A DNA stretch of 63,964 bases, filler included, from Craspedostauros australis (taxonomy: Eukaryota), in the NCBI GenBank assembly GCA_030167865.1. It is 22 parts of 22 records of this genome, joined end to end, with 100 filler letters (N's around TTAATTAATTAA, not from the genome) between each part and the next. Parts side by side here need not be neighbours in the genome. Positions count along the whole stretch, not along the records: positions 11,299 to 13,520 come from JALAGF010001959.1; positions 13,621 to 20,735 come from JALAGF010001960.1; positions 20,836 to 22,523 come from JALAGF010001961.1; 19 more parts are not named here. The stretch is one strand, 5' to 3'. Position 1 is the stretch's first letter. The number at the start of each line of letters is the position of its first letter. The notes under the pieces are model-generated. The model was not told the DNA's origin, searched no databases, and saw nothing but the letters and a program-made list of their open reading frames with translations. Made by a program: the position numbers and the translations under genes. Shown in pieces: positions 11,833 through 22,623 of the stretch.

Positions 11833-13520
11833 CCACGAGGAAATTCTGTCGCGATAGAGGACCCCTGATGTCTCAGGAGACAAACTTTTTCACCTTTGTG
11901 CGAGGGCCTTGTCTCCTGAGACAAAACCAAAAATAACACGACGTTTCCTCGCGATGGGAAAAGTGGTCGACAAGTTGGACCCAAACCAGAATTGGAGCCT
12001 CTCGTTTTTCTTTCCTCGCGCGCATCATGTCCATGCTCTTCGGATGGACCGCTTCCTGCCTCTTTCTCTGTGATCCCACGGTCAGTCTTACAACTATAAT
12101 CCTGATGATCTATTGGAAATGGTCATACATGTCCATCCATAGTGTTGTCTTGTTGTCCTACACTGTTGCTCTATACACCAAATTGTGAGTGCAAGCACGG
12201 TGATTGCTTGATCTAGAATGTTGTTGATTGAGGTGCTCAATATCTTCCGTTGACTGCACTGGGTTCCCTTCACGGAGTGTAGGATTATGCTGTATCTATA
12301 TCTTACACCTTGAGCCATTCCCTTTTTCGTATTCCTCTTTTCTGATGCTTGCACGTGTTCTTCGTCTCGTCGGAACAGCAACATTCTGTACCTCCGGCGT
12401 CGACGTTTTCTTTCTCTGTTTGCGCGGGTGTTTTTCCCCGTTGTCTTCTGCTGCCTCCGTTGTAGGGGCGGTTGCTCGCTCGGATCGCTTCTTTGCAGGA
12501 TGCTTTGCACTCCATTCAACGTAGTCAGGTTTGGTGTTGATGGTCCAGGATCTATTCTTTCCATGGAGCATTCTGTAGCAGGTGTTCGCTGCCACTATCT
12601 TTTTGTTGTTGCTGCCAATGAGATGGCACATCTCAAGCTCTGTTTCCATTCCATGTGCTTCCTCCCATCGTTTGTGGTTCGCAGTTGGAGCTCCACATGC
12701 AAACAAGTGGCACTGTATGCACATCCATTTTGTGATGACACTGCAAACAACACATGGCTTCCGCATGTTTTCGCAGTGGATGGCTTCGTGGCTGCCCTCC
12801 TCAAGACGTTCCTTGAGCGCTTCGGCTTCCGTCGATGTTTCGTTTCTGTTTGGAGACAGCAACTGTCGGATTGATTTACCATCATTCACCTCGCTGTTGT
12901 TGGTGGGTCTGCCATCCATACATGGTTTTTGCTGTTGTGCTGCAGCAATTGATGTGCTTCTCAGAAACAAGTTGGTCAGTTGAGTGTGCCCACTCTCCTG
13001 CTTCCTCCTTTTCGTGGCTATAGTGATGATATTGCCAAATACATCTTGCAATGTCTCCAAGGAAGTCGCCACAGAGCTTCAATGGTTAAGCATGTTTTGG
13101 TAGTTTGCCAATGTGGTGGCCCGGTCGAGGTCGGCGGAAGTATGGATGTCTTGTGTGCAACAGTAGTGCATCAGCTTGTGCAGAAACAACATGACGACTT
13201 CGAGAATGCGCACCACGGCTTGGCATTGAAATGTATCAAATGGTGGGTGTGCTTTGTGTTGCGTCGCCATCCTGGAGACGACATCGGATCCACCTTTCAA
13301 GGCATTCAAGCGAGATATGATGCTGGGCACGAAAGTGTGCACGTGTGGAATAGGGATGGGCAATTCCTGGCATGCCTTCCAGATCTTGAGCGTGTGTGAC
13401 ACATCTTCCACTGTCAATGCCGCGATGTGCTGCCCTCCCAAGGAGCGTACCTTTGGGTTGCGCTCTGATGACAGATATGTTTGCAGCGACTTCCCTGAGC
13501 TGGTAGCAGCAAGGGATCCA
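11833..13520 (-). mobile_element. piggyBac-like DNA transposon relic (3' part with terminus)
   Basis: Transposase-like frame, plus a terminus ATAT|CCACGAGGAAATTC and a subterminal inverted repeat CTCAGGAGACAA..TTGTCTCCTGAG, both shared with 29482-29754. Confidence 0.6.
12296..13520 (-). pseudogene. piggyBac-like transposase C-terminal half with one in-frame stop
   Basis: PSIISRLNALKGGSD resembles the piggyBac P..V..YN..KGGVD motif, and there is a C-terminal Cys-rich domain CVVC..TKWMCIQCHLFAC..CYRMLH. ORFs 13079-13441 and 12296-13072 are in the same frame, separated by TGA at 13079-13081. Confidence 0.6.
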
Positions 13521-13620
13521 NNNNNNNNNNNNNNNNNNNNNNNNNNNNNNNNNNNNNNNNNNNNTTAATTAATTAANNNNNNNNNNNNNNNNNNNNNNNN
13601 NNNNNNNNNNNNNNNNNNNN

Positions 13621-14420
13621 TGGGTGCGCTTGTTGTGGGTTGGGCTGCTGCCATGTCCATGCCTCTTTGGACGATCTCCGCCACGCGTGGTCTTCTTCGC
13701 GTTGATGTGAGAATCATGATGATGCGGAGCAGAACCGTTGGTGTGGGCACCGCCTCTGAGTGCGCGCCCTTCGGTGTCATGTTGGGAATCACGGCCGGCG
13801 GCAGAATGATGGTCTGTTGCCGATGCGGCGATGTTTGAGGCAGTCGCGATGATTGCGATGAAGATGGGAAGGGCTGATGAAAGTTTCATGGTTGTTCGTT
13901 CGTTGTTGGTGGTGTTGATGGCGAGTGCGAGTGCAAGTACGGTGTTGTTGTGATGTGCTGGTATTGTTGCTGTTGAATGCGATTGGATTTTATGAGATGA
14001 GAAGAGACGACGAGAGATGGACCCCACTCTCTAGAGGAGGTTACATTCCACTCATTCATGTATTCCTGCATTCCACTCGTTCGCTGGTGCAGGAGGAGTA
14101 TGCAGGACTGCTACTGCTCTGTAGCTCGTGCATGGCACATCTCGATCGATCATTGAATCGAGCCCATTGCAAGATGCATGTCAGCGCAGGACTACAATCG
14201 GTTGCGGATTGCAAGAGCAAGATCCATCTTGATGGCACTTTGCTCGAGCGGGTGATCTGCCGACTGTTGCATCTTTTTTATCACACGAGTATGCACCCTC
14301 ACTCTGCTGGAGTGCTCGTAGTATGTATCCATCATGGCAATTGGTCTTGTTTCTCACCCGTGCCCCCAGTTTCGTTCGTGCCGAGACTCCAGCGAATCGT
14401 TTGTTGTGATGGATTGGAGC
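13621..14420 (-). repeat. Dovetail overlap: reverse complement of 20836-21635 (trypsin upstream region and first ~90 codons, ATG at 13889)
   Basis: Ends match exactly and the ORF translations are identical. Confidence 0.95.
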
Positions 14421-16260
14421 GTCAATTCAATAGCACCAACAGTACTAAAAGGGATAGTAGTGCTAGTTGTGCTAGTTGTGCCAATAGTGTTAATAGTACC
14501 AGCGGTGCCGATTGTTGGTACTGGTATGAACGACATCGTTTGAGTATTGGTCATGGGATGAGTAGAAGATGTGATGCGATGTGATGTGTTGATTTTGTGG
14601 TGTTGGTTTTGTTCGACATCAGGAATGACTGGGTGCGACGCTCGCGTGTTGTGATTGGTGACTGAAACCGACAGGCGCAACAAGATCAAGAACTGAATGA
14701 TCGATCTCACTAAGTGCAATAGCTACAAATATCGCACACTCGTGGTTTGGTCCCGTATTGTTCGGCTCAATGTCCATTTGTTGTCCTTTGTTGAGACAAC
14801 TCTCGCCCAACGAGTGAACAGCAAAACAGATCGTCACAATTCGCCACAATTCGCGATGTTGTGTGATGGCAAGCAGCGCTCTGCGATGATCAATCAACCA
14901 ATCAACCAAGCGACCAAGCGACCAAGCGACCAAGTGAAAGGCAAGCCACATACCACCCATTCTTCGCACAGTTTCGCATTCGTACTCATAGCTTCACACG
15001 TCGCATGATGTTGGTGTTGCTGTTGACCTTGCATCTCCATGATGTGCACTCCATTCAGCACGGTCAGTCTCGAGCGACGGTTGTGCTAGGTCGTACTGTA
15101 TGTATGGAGTGGATTGCCGGAGTGCCGGGGGTGCTGGAGTGCTGGACTTGTTCCAGTCCTGTTCGCCACCAGTATCACTATTCTATTCCTATTCTACTCT
15201 TCTATACCGAGCTCCCATTGTTCTCATCGATTCGTACAGCAGACGGAGATGCACTCGCCATGTGCTGATCGATCCGCTGCTCGTGTCCGAATCGGTGTGG
15301 CCCAAAGCGACTCGGAGCGTGTTCTTGAAACAGCTTTGTTTCAGATTCTTTTGTTCCGAACACCAGCACCGAAATGTGGCGGCTAATCACAATCAAGATG
15401 ATGCGGTGGTCTCCGATGTGCATGGAAGTGCCTATCAGGCAGCGCTCCAAGCCTTGAAGAAGAAGATCTCTAGAGCAAGATCAAGGTCAACGCAACGGAA
15501 AAAGATCACGGGCTGTAGTGGACTGACGGTGACTATTCTCGGCGGTGAAGTCATGGCCCCATTCATCATGATGGCGATGGAGATGGCGCATGTGCAGAAT
15601 TCGTCGTTGCAGCCGAGGGTCCTGCCGACGACAGTGGAACGATGATCAAGAGTATCTCCGGTTGCAACGATGAGGCAACTCGTGGGGTCGTGGCGGCTGA
15701 AGAAGCCGAGGCCCGATTCAACAGCATCAAGGACGGTGATGGTGTGAATGATCTGCTGGCCAGAACCGTGAAGAACGGCGCGAGACTGCTCACTGGTGCG
15801 GAGAATGCATGCCGAGGAACCTTTGCTTCGGGATTGCGCACGGTGAAAACAACAAGGTCGGAGACAACTTCTTCATCAAAAAGTCTACGTGCCGTGCACG
15901 GCCGGCTCCTCATGCCGTCAATGTGCACGTAAAGAAGTGTGCAGCGAGAACAGCACATTGGCCTACATAACGACTTGTGACGCAACGTGAACACAAAAAA
16001 CTCGAGAGAGAGAGAGAGAGAGCTTTCTATTCTGCTTATGGCCACCTAAGTTATGAATACACTTCCATCTTGCTTCAACTATTTGCACTACGCAGCCAGA
16101 GAATTGAGAGTATTTTGCAGGCCGCGCAGTCGCCGAAGGGTTCGTGTGAATTCCAAATGCTCCCCGCCTCAGCCAGTCCTTCTCTTCCAGCTGCGCCTGT
16201 CCCAAATGTTTTTGCACAATACTATAGCTAAGTTTGTCCTGCGGAACCTCCGCCACCTCT

Positions 16261-19200
16261 TCAAGACATGTCTGTCAATACTGATAGATCGTCATCGTCA
16301 TCATCACCATTGGCATGGCCTTCAACAGTTTCATGGATGGCGTAGGACTTCTCCCTTTGCCTGGCTCTTGACTTCAAACCGTCGCTCCTCAATCCAGTGC
16401 TCGTGACAGTTGGAACCACAGTTGCCTCTGGAGTACGAACAGTCACAAGATCAAAGCAGGCATCCAATCTCTGCGGATCCATAAGCGCGACTGTTTGAGC
16501 AATGACGCCGTCGCTCTTTCGTGCGTGGCGCACAAGATCTTCATCGATGTGATCTCCGCGCCGCTGTCGCAGGTCCTCGCATTTGGTGACGGCGCCCCAA
16601 GCCTCGTAGAATTCTGCGGCGCGTGTGAAGTAATGGCGGATGAGGTTGGATGTTCTGTCCCGAGCATCGCGCGTGCTAATTCGTAAGAAGGCCTCACCGG
16701 CCATCTCGCACGCCAGGCCGGCTTCGTGGATATGGTTTCTCGATCTGGCCTTCTCGATCGCTTCGTCGTAACATGCTTGGACGTACGTGGGCGTTCGTGG
16801 GCCCATCTTGATGGCCTTCATTTCTGCTCGCAATAGGAGGTAATGGTGACGCACGTTGTTGCCTTTTGTTTCGCACATTTGCTTGAGTATGTGCTTTTGC
16901 TTTCGGAGGATCGAGATGTACTTCCTTTGTTTCGTCTGATGATAACGGTTCGATGCCATCAGACCGCCCAATTGGGGTATGGATGATGCCACGGAGTACG
17001 CGAGGTCGCTCACCTTGGCGTTGTCCACAAGGTGGAACAGGACCTCGGCAAACTCGAACTTGCGGAAGAAGACCGCAAGGTGTAACCGGCTCCAGTGCGC
17101 GGTGTTTTGGAGGTACGGATCGCCACCTTCGAACTGTTTGAGGTTGCCAAGTTCATCCCAATCTAGCTTGAGGATGCCAGCCATGTACCTGGGGGCAAGG
17201 ACGTACTCTGGCATGAGCTTGGAGTGGGCCTCGATCTTGTAGATGGTGAATTGTTGCAAGGCAGAATCGACAGCGGATGATAAGCCGTCCAACGGGTATC
17301 CCTCCATGTATGCATAAATGAGACTTGAAAAATGAGACACGATGCCTATCTCAAAGTCACCACTCGACATGGCGGCTTTGTATGCCTCTTGAAAGTCAGA
17401 GCTGATCTCCGCAGGCTCCTTCGTGTATGGGTCGATGTAGATGGCCGCAACGTTGTAAACCAACGCGCGGATTCGTGTCCCGTCAACCTTGTGAATGGCC
17501 TTCTTTGCGAGTTCGATGTATCTTCGTGCGTTGGAATACTCCCCGAGAACAAGATGAAGCATTGCGAACATGGCCAGTCCTTGGCAGGAGCCTTCGCAGA
17601 TGCCTTGTGCTCGAGTGATCTGGACCATCTGAACCGTGGACAGCACCCACGTGAGGGTGGATTGACACACGTAGCTCCGCACCGCGATTTGTTGCAGGAA
17701 TCCGATGGATTGGATTGTGGCGGGATCTGTTGTCACGGGGCATCGGCTGAAGAACTCGTCGTCACTTGTTTGTCCAAAATAGGATCTTGCCGACATCAGT
17801 TGCCATACCGATCTGGCCAGGAACCCGCGCTTGGGATACACGTTGCACAGCTGGGCGCTGGCTTGGCTCATCTCAAGCGCGCGCTTGTGCTTGTCCTGTC
17901 TTGCCAAGGCATCCGCCATGGAGTGGTAGGTGGCAAGCTTGTGTGAAATGCACTGGGCATGCTGCAAGAGTTCGTCGCTCAACGAAAACCCCAGCTCGAA
18001 ATTGCCAACAGCCAACTCAAGATCTGCTCTCGAACGAATCAAGCGCAGTGTGAGCTCGTATTGATATTTCCATGGGTTGCCATGGGCCTTCTTCAATTGC
18101 TCTGTCGCGATTTGCAGATATTTGGCGGCTGGGATGAGAGCGGCGATCTTCAACGCGTGCTCGCCGACTTCCAGATTCTGCTTGGCGGCCTGCAGATGAT
18201 CCTTCGTTCGTGCCAAATTCAGATATTCCATGGCGACAAAAAGCAGGGCACCATCATCCGTGGCTGCACGGGACGTTGCAAGAGCGGCTCCGTCCCCTTT
18301 CTCGGAAGACTGGGTACCATCTGTGGACGCTGCACATATGTTCCACAGACATTGGCCGATGCGCAGTTGGAGCTTGATGCGGATCTCGCCGAAGGGTACG
18401 AGACTCCGGGCCGCCTGCTGGACGCGATCATGCGCAAAGGAGTACGTAGTGCCTCCGATCGAGTTGTGCAGCATGCTTTCCAGCACCGCTTGTTCGAGCC
18501 ATTCGACGACCGGAATGTCGTCATCGGGGATGTTTGGGGAGGATCTGAGGTTGCTTTCATCGTTGCCAAGGATATCTTCTGTGCCGCGGTTGTATCGGAC
18601 TTCATAGTCCTGCAGCATCTGAAGCAGGCCTGAGTCGAAGGATGATCCGATGTACGATGCGAGTGCCAAGAGCTTTTGCAATGGACGAGGCAAGGATCGA
18701 ATCCTGGATGTCAGGAGATAGGTGATGCCGTGCGGTCCTGTTGCCATCAATCCCCCATTCCCACTTGTGTTCGAATGGGAGTCATCTTGGAATTTCCATT
18801 GGGAGGAGATGGCATCGTATGCCAAGCCATGCGTGCGCTCCATCTCTCGCAACAGATGGATGGCGTGAAAGATATTGCCGCCAGTCTGTTGGTACAAATG
18901 CTCGGTGAGTCGACCGACGAACGCATCATGATCGCTGTGATCTGCGCCCCCAAGCTGGAGGAGATTCGACACCCAGTCGTAGAGCTCTTGCGGAGAAAAA
19001 TCCGCGAGATGGATGCTGGTGTATGGCATGGGAGCGTTTCTCGTCTTGGCTCTGAGCTCTGTCGGAACGTCTTCCCGAGACGATGACTGACGGATGTCAT
19101 TCAGAAGCTTCATGAACGGGAGAGTAGCATTCGGCTCCAGCAGCTCGCCCGGTGAGTGAGGATTGGTCTCTTGACGGATGGTGCCGATCAAAAGTAGGTG

Positions 19201-20148
19201 AGGCCGGTGCAGGATGGTGGATACCAGATCCATGCTCTCCTGCGACGCCCACTGCAGATCGTCGAGCACCATCACCAATGGACATTCCTTGGTCGATATG
19301 ATTCTGAGGAATTGCGTGAACGTGTACTGGAGCCTGTTCCACGATGTCTCGGTGGAGAAGTCGGTCGGAGGTTTTGGAGCCGTCGCGCCTTGATTCTTCG
19401 CTTCGGCCGCCACATCACTGGCGCTGTTCAATAGGATGGACAGGGCCGGGATGAAGGAAATGAGGAGATCCTTTTGCTGCGATGTCATCCAGCTCGATTT
19501 GACTCTTCGACGCAGACGTTGAAGCTCCGTCGCCGTCTTGCTCTTGCTGTCTTTGTGCCCATCGGCATCGCTGATTGCGGCCAATCTCCCCGAACCAACC
19601 GTGAGGGTGGCAGCTTGGGACTCTAATTCGGCGCACCAGGCCGAGAATGCCTGCGTGATGGCGGCGAAGGGATTGTTTCGTTGGGATTCTTCAAACTTGC
19701 CCTTGATGATGATAATCTTGTGCCCGTCCCCTGATTGTTCGCAAAGCTGGGAACAGAACGCATCCACGAGCTTTGACTTGCCCGTCCCGCTGGCACCCCA
19801 TACAAACACAGCCGGAACCCAAGGCTCGGCGTCACTCTTGTTTACGTCGCATGGGGGCGTTGCCGGAGATGTCAGCTTCAGTACCTCGCCTCCATCGGGC
19901 GCCTTGCCGCCTCCATTCTGCGCCATCACTCGATAGAAAACATGACGCATCGTCCTCAATTCTTTTTGCCTCCCATGAAATCCACCCGCAAAGCAGCCGT
20001 CCTTGAAGAACGTAGTGGTGGGGTCGATGAGGTCGCCATCACATTGGTAGTCACCATCTGATGTGGACGTGCACGTGGACAGGGAACTCTCCAGGTGAGG
20101 ACTTGGTTGGCCCGGAGTGTCGTCATGCACCGACGCTGTGGCGAGCAT
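16261..20148 (-). CDS. STAND/AAA_16-type P-loop ATPase with helical (TPR-like) C-terminus, COG3899-like, 1295 aa
   Basis: Walker A GASGTGKS, KGKFE..PF, Walker B LVMVLDDLQWA, TGGNIF, FAHDRVQQAA and C-terminal YDEAI..A..GLACE..YEAWGA. Intronless. Confidence 0.88.
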   Translation of the reverse strand: MLATASVHDDTPGQPSPHLESSLSTCTSTSDGDYQCDGDLIDPTTTFFKDGCFAGGFHGRQKELRTMRHVFYRVMAQNGGGKAPDGGEVLKLTSPATPPCDVNKSDAEPWVPAVFVWGASGTGKSKLVDAFCSQLCEQSGDGHKIIIIKGKFEESQRNNPFAAITQAFSAWCAELESQAATLTVGSGRLAAISDADGHKDSKSKTATELQRLRRRVKSSWMTSQQKDLLISFIPALSILLNSASDVAAEAKNQGATAPKPPTDFSTETSWNRLQYTFTQFLRIISTKECPLVMVLDDLQWASQESMDLVSTILHRPHLLLIGTIRQETNPHSPGELLEPNATLPFMKLLNDIRQSSSREDVPTELRAKTRNAPMPYTSIHLADFSPQELYDWVSNLLQLGGADHSDHDAFVGRLTEHLYQQTGGNIFHAIHLLREMERTHGLAYDAISSQWKFQDDSHSNTSGNGGLMATGPHGITYLLTSRIRSLPRPLQKLLALASYIGSSFDSGLLQMLQDYEVRYNRGTEDILGNDESNLRSSPNIPDDDIPVVEWLEQAVLESMLHNSIGGTTYSFAHDRVQQAARSLVPFGEIRIKLQLRIGQCLWNICAASTDGTQSSEKGDGAALATSRAATDDGALLFVAMEYLNLARTKDHLQAAKQNLEVGEHALKIAALIPAAKYLQIATEQLKKAHGNPWKYQYELTLRLIRSRADLELAVGNFELGFSLSDELLQHAQCISHKLATYHSMADALARQDKHKRALEMSQASAQLCNVYPKRGFLARSVWQLMSARSYFGQTSDDEFFSRCPVTTDPATIQSIGFLQQIAVRSYVCQSTLTWVLSTVQMVQITRAQGICEGSCQGLAMFAMLHLVLGEYSNARRYIELAKKAIHKVDGTRIRALVYNVAAIYIDPYTKEPAEISSDFQEAYKAAMSSGDFEIGIVSHFSSLIYAYMEGYPLDGLSSAVDSALQQFTIYKIEAHSKLMPEYVLAPRYMAGILKLDWDELGNLKQFEGGDPYLQNTAHWSRLHLAVFFRKFEFAEVLFHLVDNAKVSDLAYSVASSIPQLGGLMASNRYHQTKQRKYISILRKQKHILKQMCETKGNNVRHHYLLLRAEMKAIKMGPRTPTYVQACYDEAIEKARSRNHIHEAGLACEMAGEAFLRISTRDARDRTSNLIRHYFTRAAEFYEAWGAVTKCEDLRQRRGDHIDEDLVRHARKSDGVIAQTVALMDPQRLDACFDLVTVRTPEATVVPTVTSTGLRSDGLKSRARQREKSYAIHETVEGHANGDDDDDDLSVLTDMS

Positions 20149-21366
20149 CCTGTACGATCCTGTGTTCGACTTCTTGGGCTGTGCACAGCGTCTCTCGTGC
20201 TTGTTGGATTGGTTCGTCGATCAATGATTGGTCAATGATTTCAGCTGCACTAATATTTTATGGAATGTGGTGGCAGACATGTCGGGCTGTGTGGATGGAT
20301 GTGCATTCGAGTACTACTCTTGTATCGAGTATGGTGGTAGGTCCTCGTATGGTCGAGTGTGCATGACTACCTGTGTGTTCGCACCATACTAGGACGCTTG
20401 GTTCTGCTCATGATGTTTCTTCAACGCCGCGGCAACAAGGTACACTTGAGGATGAAAAAGTGGTGGATTGGTGACGTGGTGGTGATCAATGTGTCGTCTT
20501 CTGTCAGTGGGTGTCGATCCCATAGTCGTGGGTTGGTGAACTGTGGACCATACTTGCGATGGCTCTTTGATCATGGCTGGGGTCATGAGCGTGGACAAGT
20601 TTCATTGCGGATGTGTCCACAGTGAGTGTTTCCCGCTTGTTGGCGCAACCTTCATGTGGGGGCGTGTCGCACCCTTGTCTCCGAGCAAGCGTTCGGGATT
20701 GGTTAAGGGATTGTTTGTGGTCCCTGGAAGGAGAGNNNNNNNNNNNNNNNNNNNNNNNNNNNNNNNNNNNNNNNNNNNNTTAATTAATTAANNNNNNNNN
20801 NNNNNNNNNNNNNNNNNNNNNNNNNNNNNNNNNNNGCTCCAATCCATCACAACAAACGATTCGCTGGAGTCTCGGCACGAACGAAACTGGGGGCACGGGT
20901 GAGAAACAAGACCAATTGCCATGATGGATACATACTACGAGCACTCCAGCAGAGTGAGGGTGCATACTCGTGTGATAAAAAAGATGCAACAGTCGGCAGA
21001 TCACCCGCTCGAGCAAAGTGCCATCAAGATGGATCTTGCTCTTGCAATCCGCAACCGATTGTAGTCCTGCGCTGACATGCATCTTGCAATGGGCTCGATT
21101 CAATGATCGATCGAGATGTGCCATGCACGAGCTACAGAGCAGTAGCAGTCCTGCATACTCCTCCTGCACCAGCGAACGAGTGGAATGCAGGAATACATGA
21201 ATGAGTGGAATGTAACCTCCTCTAGAGAGTGGGGTCCATCTCTCGTCGTCTCTTCTCATCTCATAAAATCCAATCGCATTCAACAGCAACAATACCAGCA
21301 CATCACAACAACACCGTACTTGCACTCGCACTCGCCATCAACACCACCAACAACGAACGAACAACC

Positions 21367-22368
21367 ATGAAACTTTCATCAGCCCTTCCCATCTTCATCG
21401 CAATCATCGCGACTGCCTCAAACATCGCCGCATCGGCAACAGACCATCATTCTGCCGCCGGCCGTGATTCCCAACATGACACCGAAGGGCGCGCACTCAG
21501 AGGCGGTGCCCACACCAACGGTTCTGCTCCGCATCATCATGATTCTCACATCAACGCGAAGAAGACCACGCGTGGCGGAGATCGTCCAAAGAGGCATGGA
21601 CATGGCAGCAGCCCAACCCACAACAAGCGCACCCACTCCATCAANGCCAACAACTACGAGACGCACATCGTGGGAGGAAACGAAGCGACGAAGGGAGAGT
21701 ACCCAGAGTTCGTCCATTGGGCCGTGGGATGCGGCGGATCGCTCATCGCACCCGACATCGTCCTCACTGCGGCACATTGCGACTCCGACCAGACCATCGG
21801 AATGGACGCCATCATCAGCGCGTATGATGAGTTCGCATGGAACCAGCCAACAGGACCCGACGCTCGCAAGATCGATGACAAGCGCGTCCATCCAGACTAC
21901 GCCGCCACTCAGATCAACGACATCATGCTGTTCCGTCTATCCAATCCTGCACCATCCAATGTGCCCATGATGAAGATAAACAGCAAGTTCGGCACTCCAG
22001 GCACGGACGGCTCGGGAAATCTGCAGACCATGACGGTGATTGGTTTTGGAGACACATCGGATGGTGGCTCTCCATCGGAGACTCTGATGGAGCTGGACAT
22101 CCAGCAGGTCGATACTGCGTGGTGCAACGATCAGGACAGATACAACGGACAGGTCAGCGATGAGGCGGAGTTCTGCGCTGGCTTCGTGAAGGATGGTGTC
22201 CACCAGGGTGCCAAGGACTCATGTCAGGGTGACTCTGGTGGTCCCGTGTTTGTGGCAGAGGGTGGCGAGCGCGTCCAGGTGGGCGTGGTGTCTTGGGGTA
22301 TCGGTTGTGCTCAGCAGCGATATCCTGGTGTGTACGCTCGTGTGAGCAGCACGTACGAATGGATCAAG
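21367..22368 (+). CDS. Secreted trypsin-like serine protease (S1A), exon 1, 3'-partial
   Basis: Signal peptide MKLSSALPIFIAII, activation site IVGG, catalytic LTAAHC / DIML / GDSGGP, and Asp in KDSCQGD (trypsin specificity). Probable donor AAG|GTACGT at 22368/22369. Confidence 0.95.
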
Positions 22369-22623
22369 GTACGTACATCCGAGTGGGTGCATGCATGTCA
22401 ATGCATGATGGAAGTATGATCGAAGTATGGTTGAAACATGAAAGGGTGTGGCGAGTATGGTGAGTATGTAAATATGTATTATATGATCACAACAATGAGC
22501 TCACTATTCCATTCCATTCCATTNNNNNNNNNNNNNNNNNNNNNNNNNNNNNNNNNNNNNNNNNNNNTTAATTAATTAANNNNNNNNNNNNNNNNNNNNN
22601 NNNNNNNNNNNNNNNNNNNNNNN

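Noticed and set aside
13621..21635. 800-bp inverted repeat with duplicated trypsin flanking the STAND ATPase (composite transposon-like)
   Set aside because: Each copy starts a separate contig and the two dovetail, so unmerged assembly overlap is the simplest explanation.
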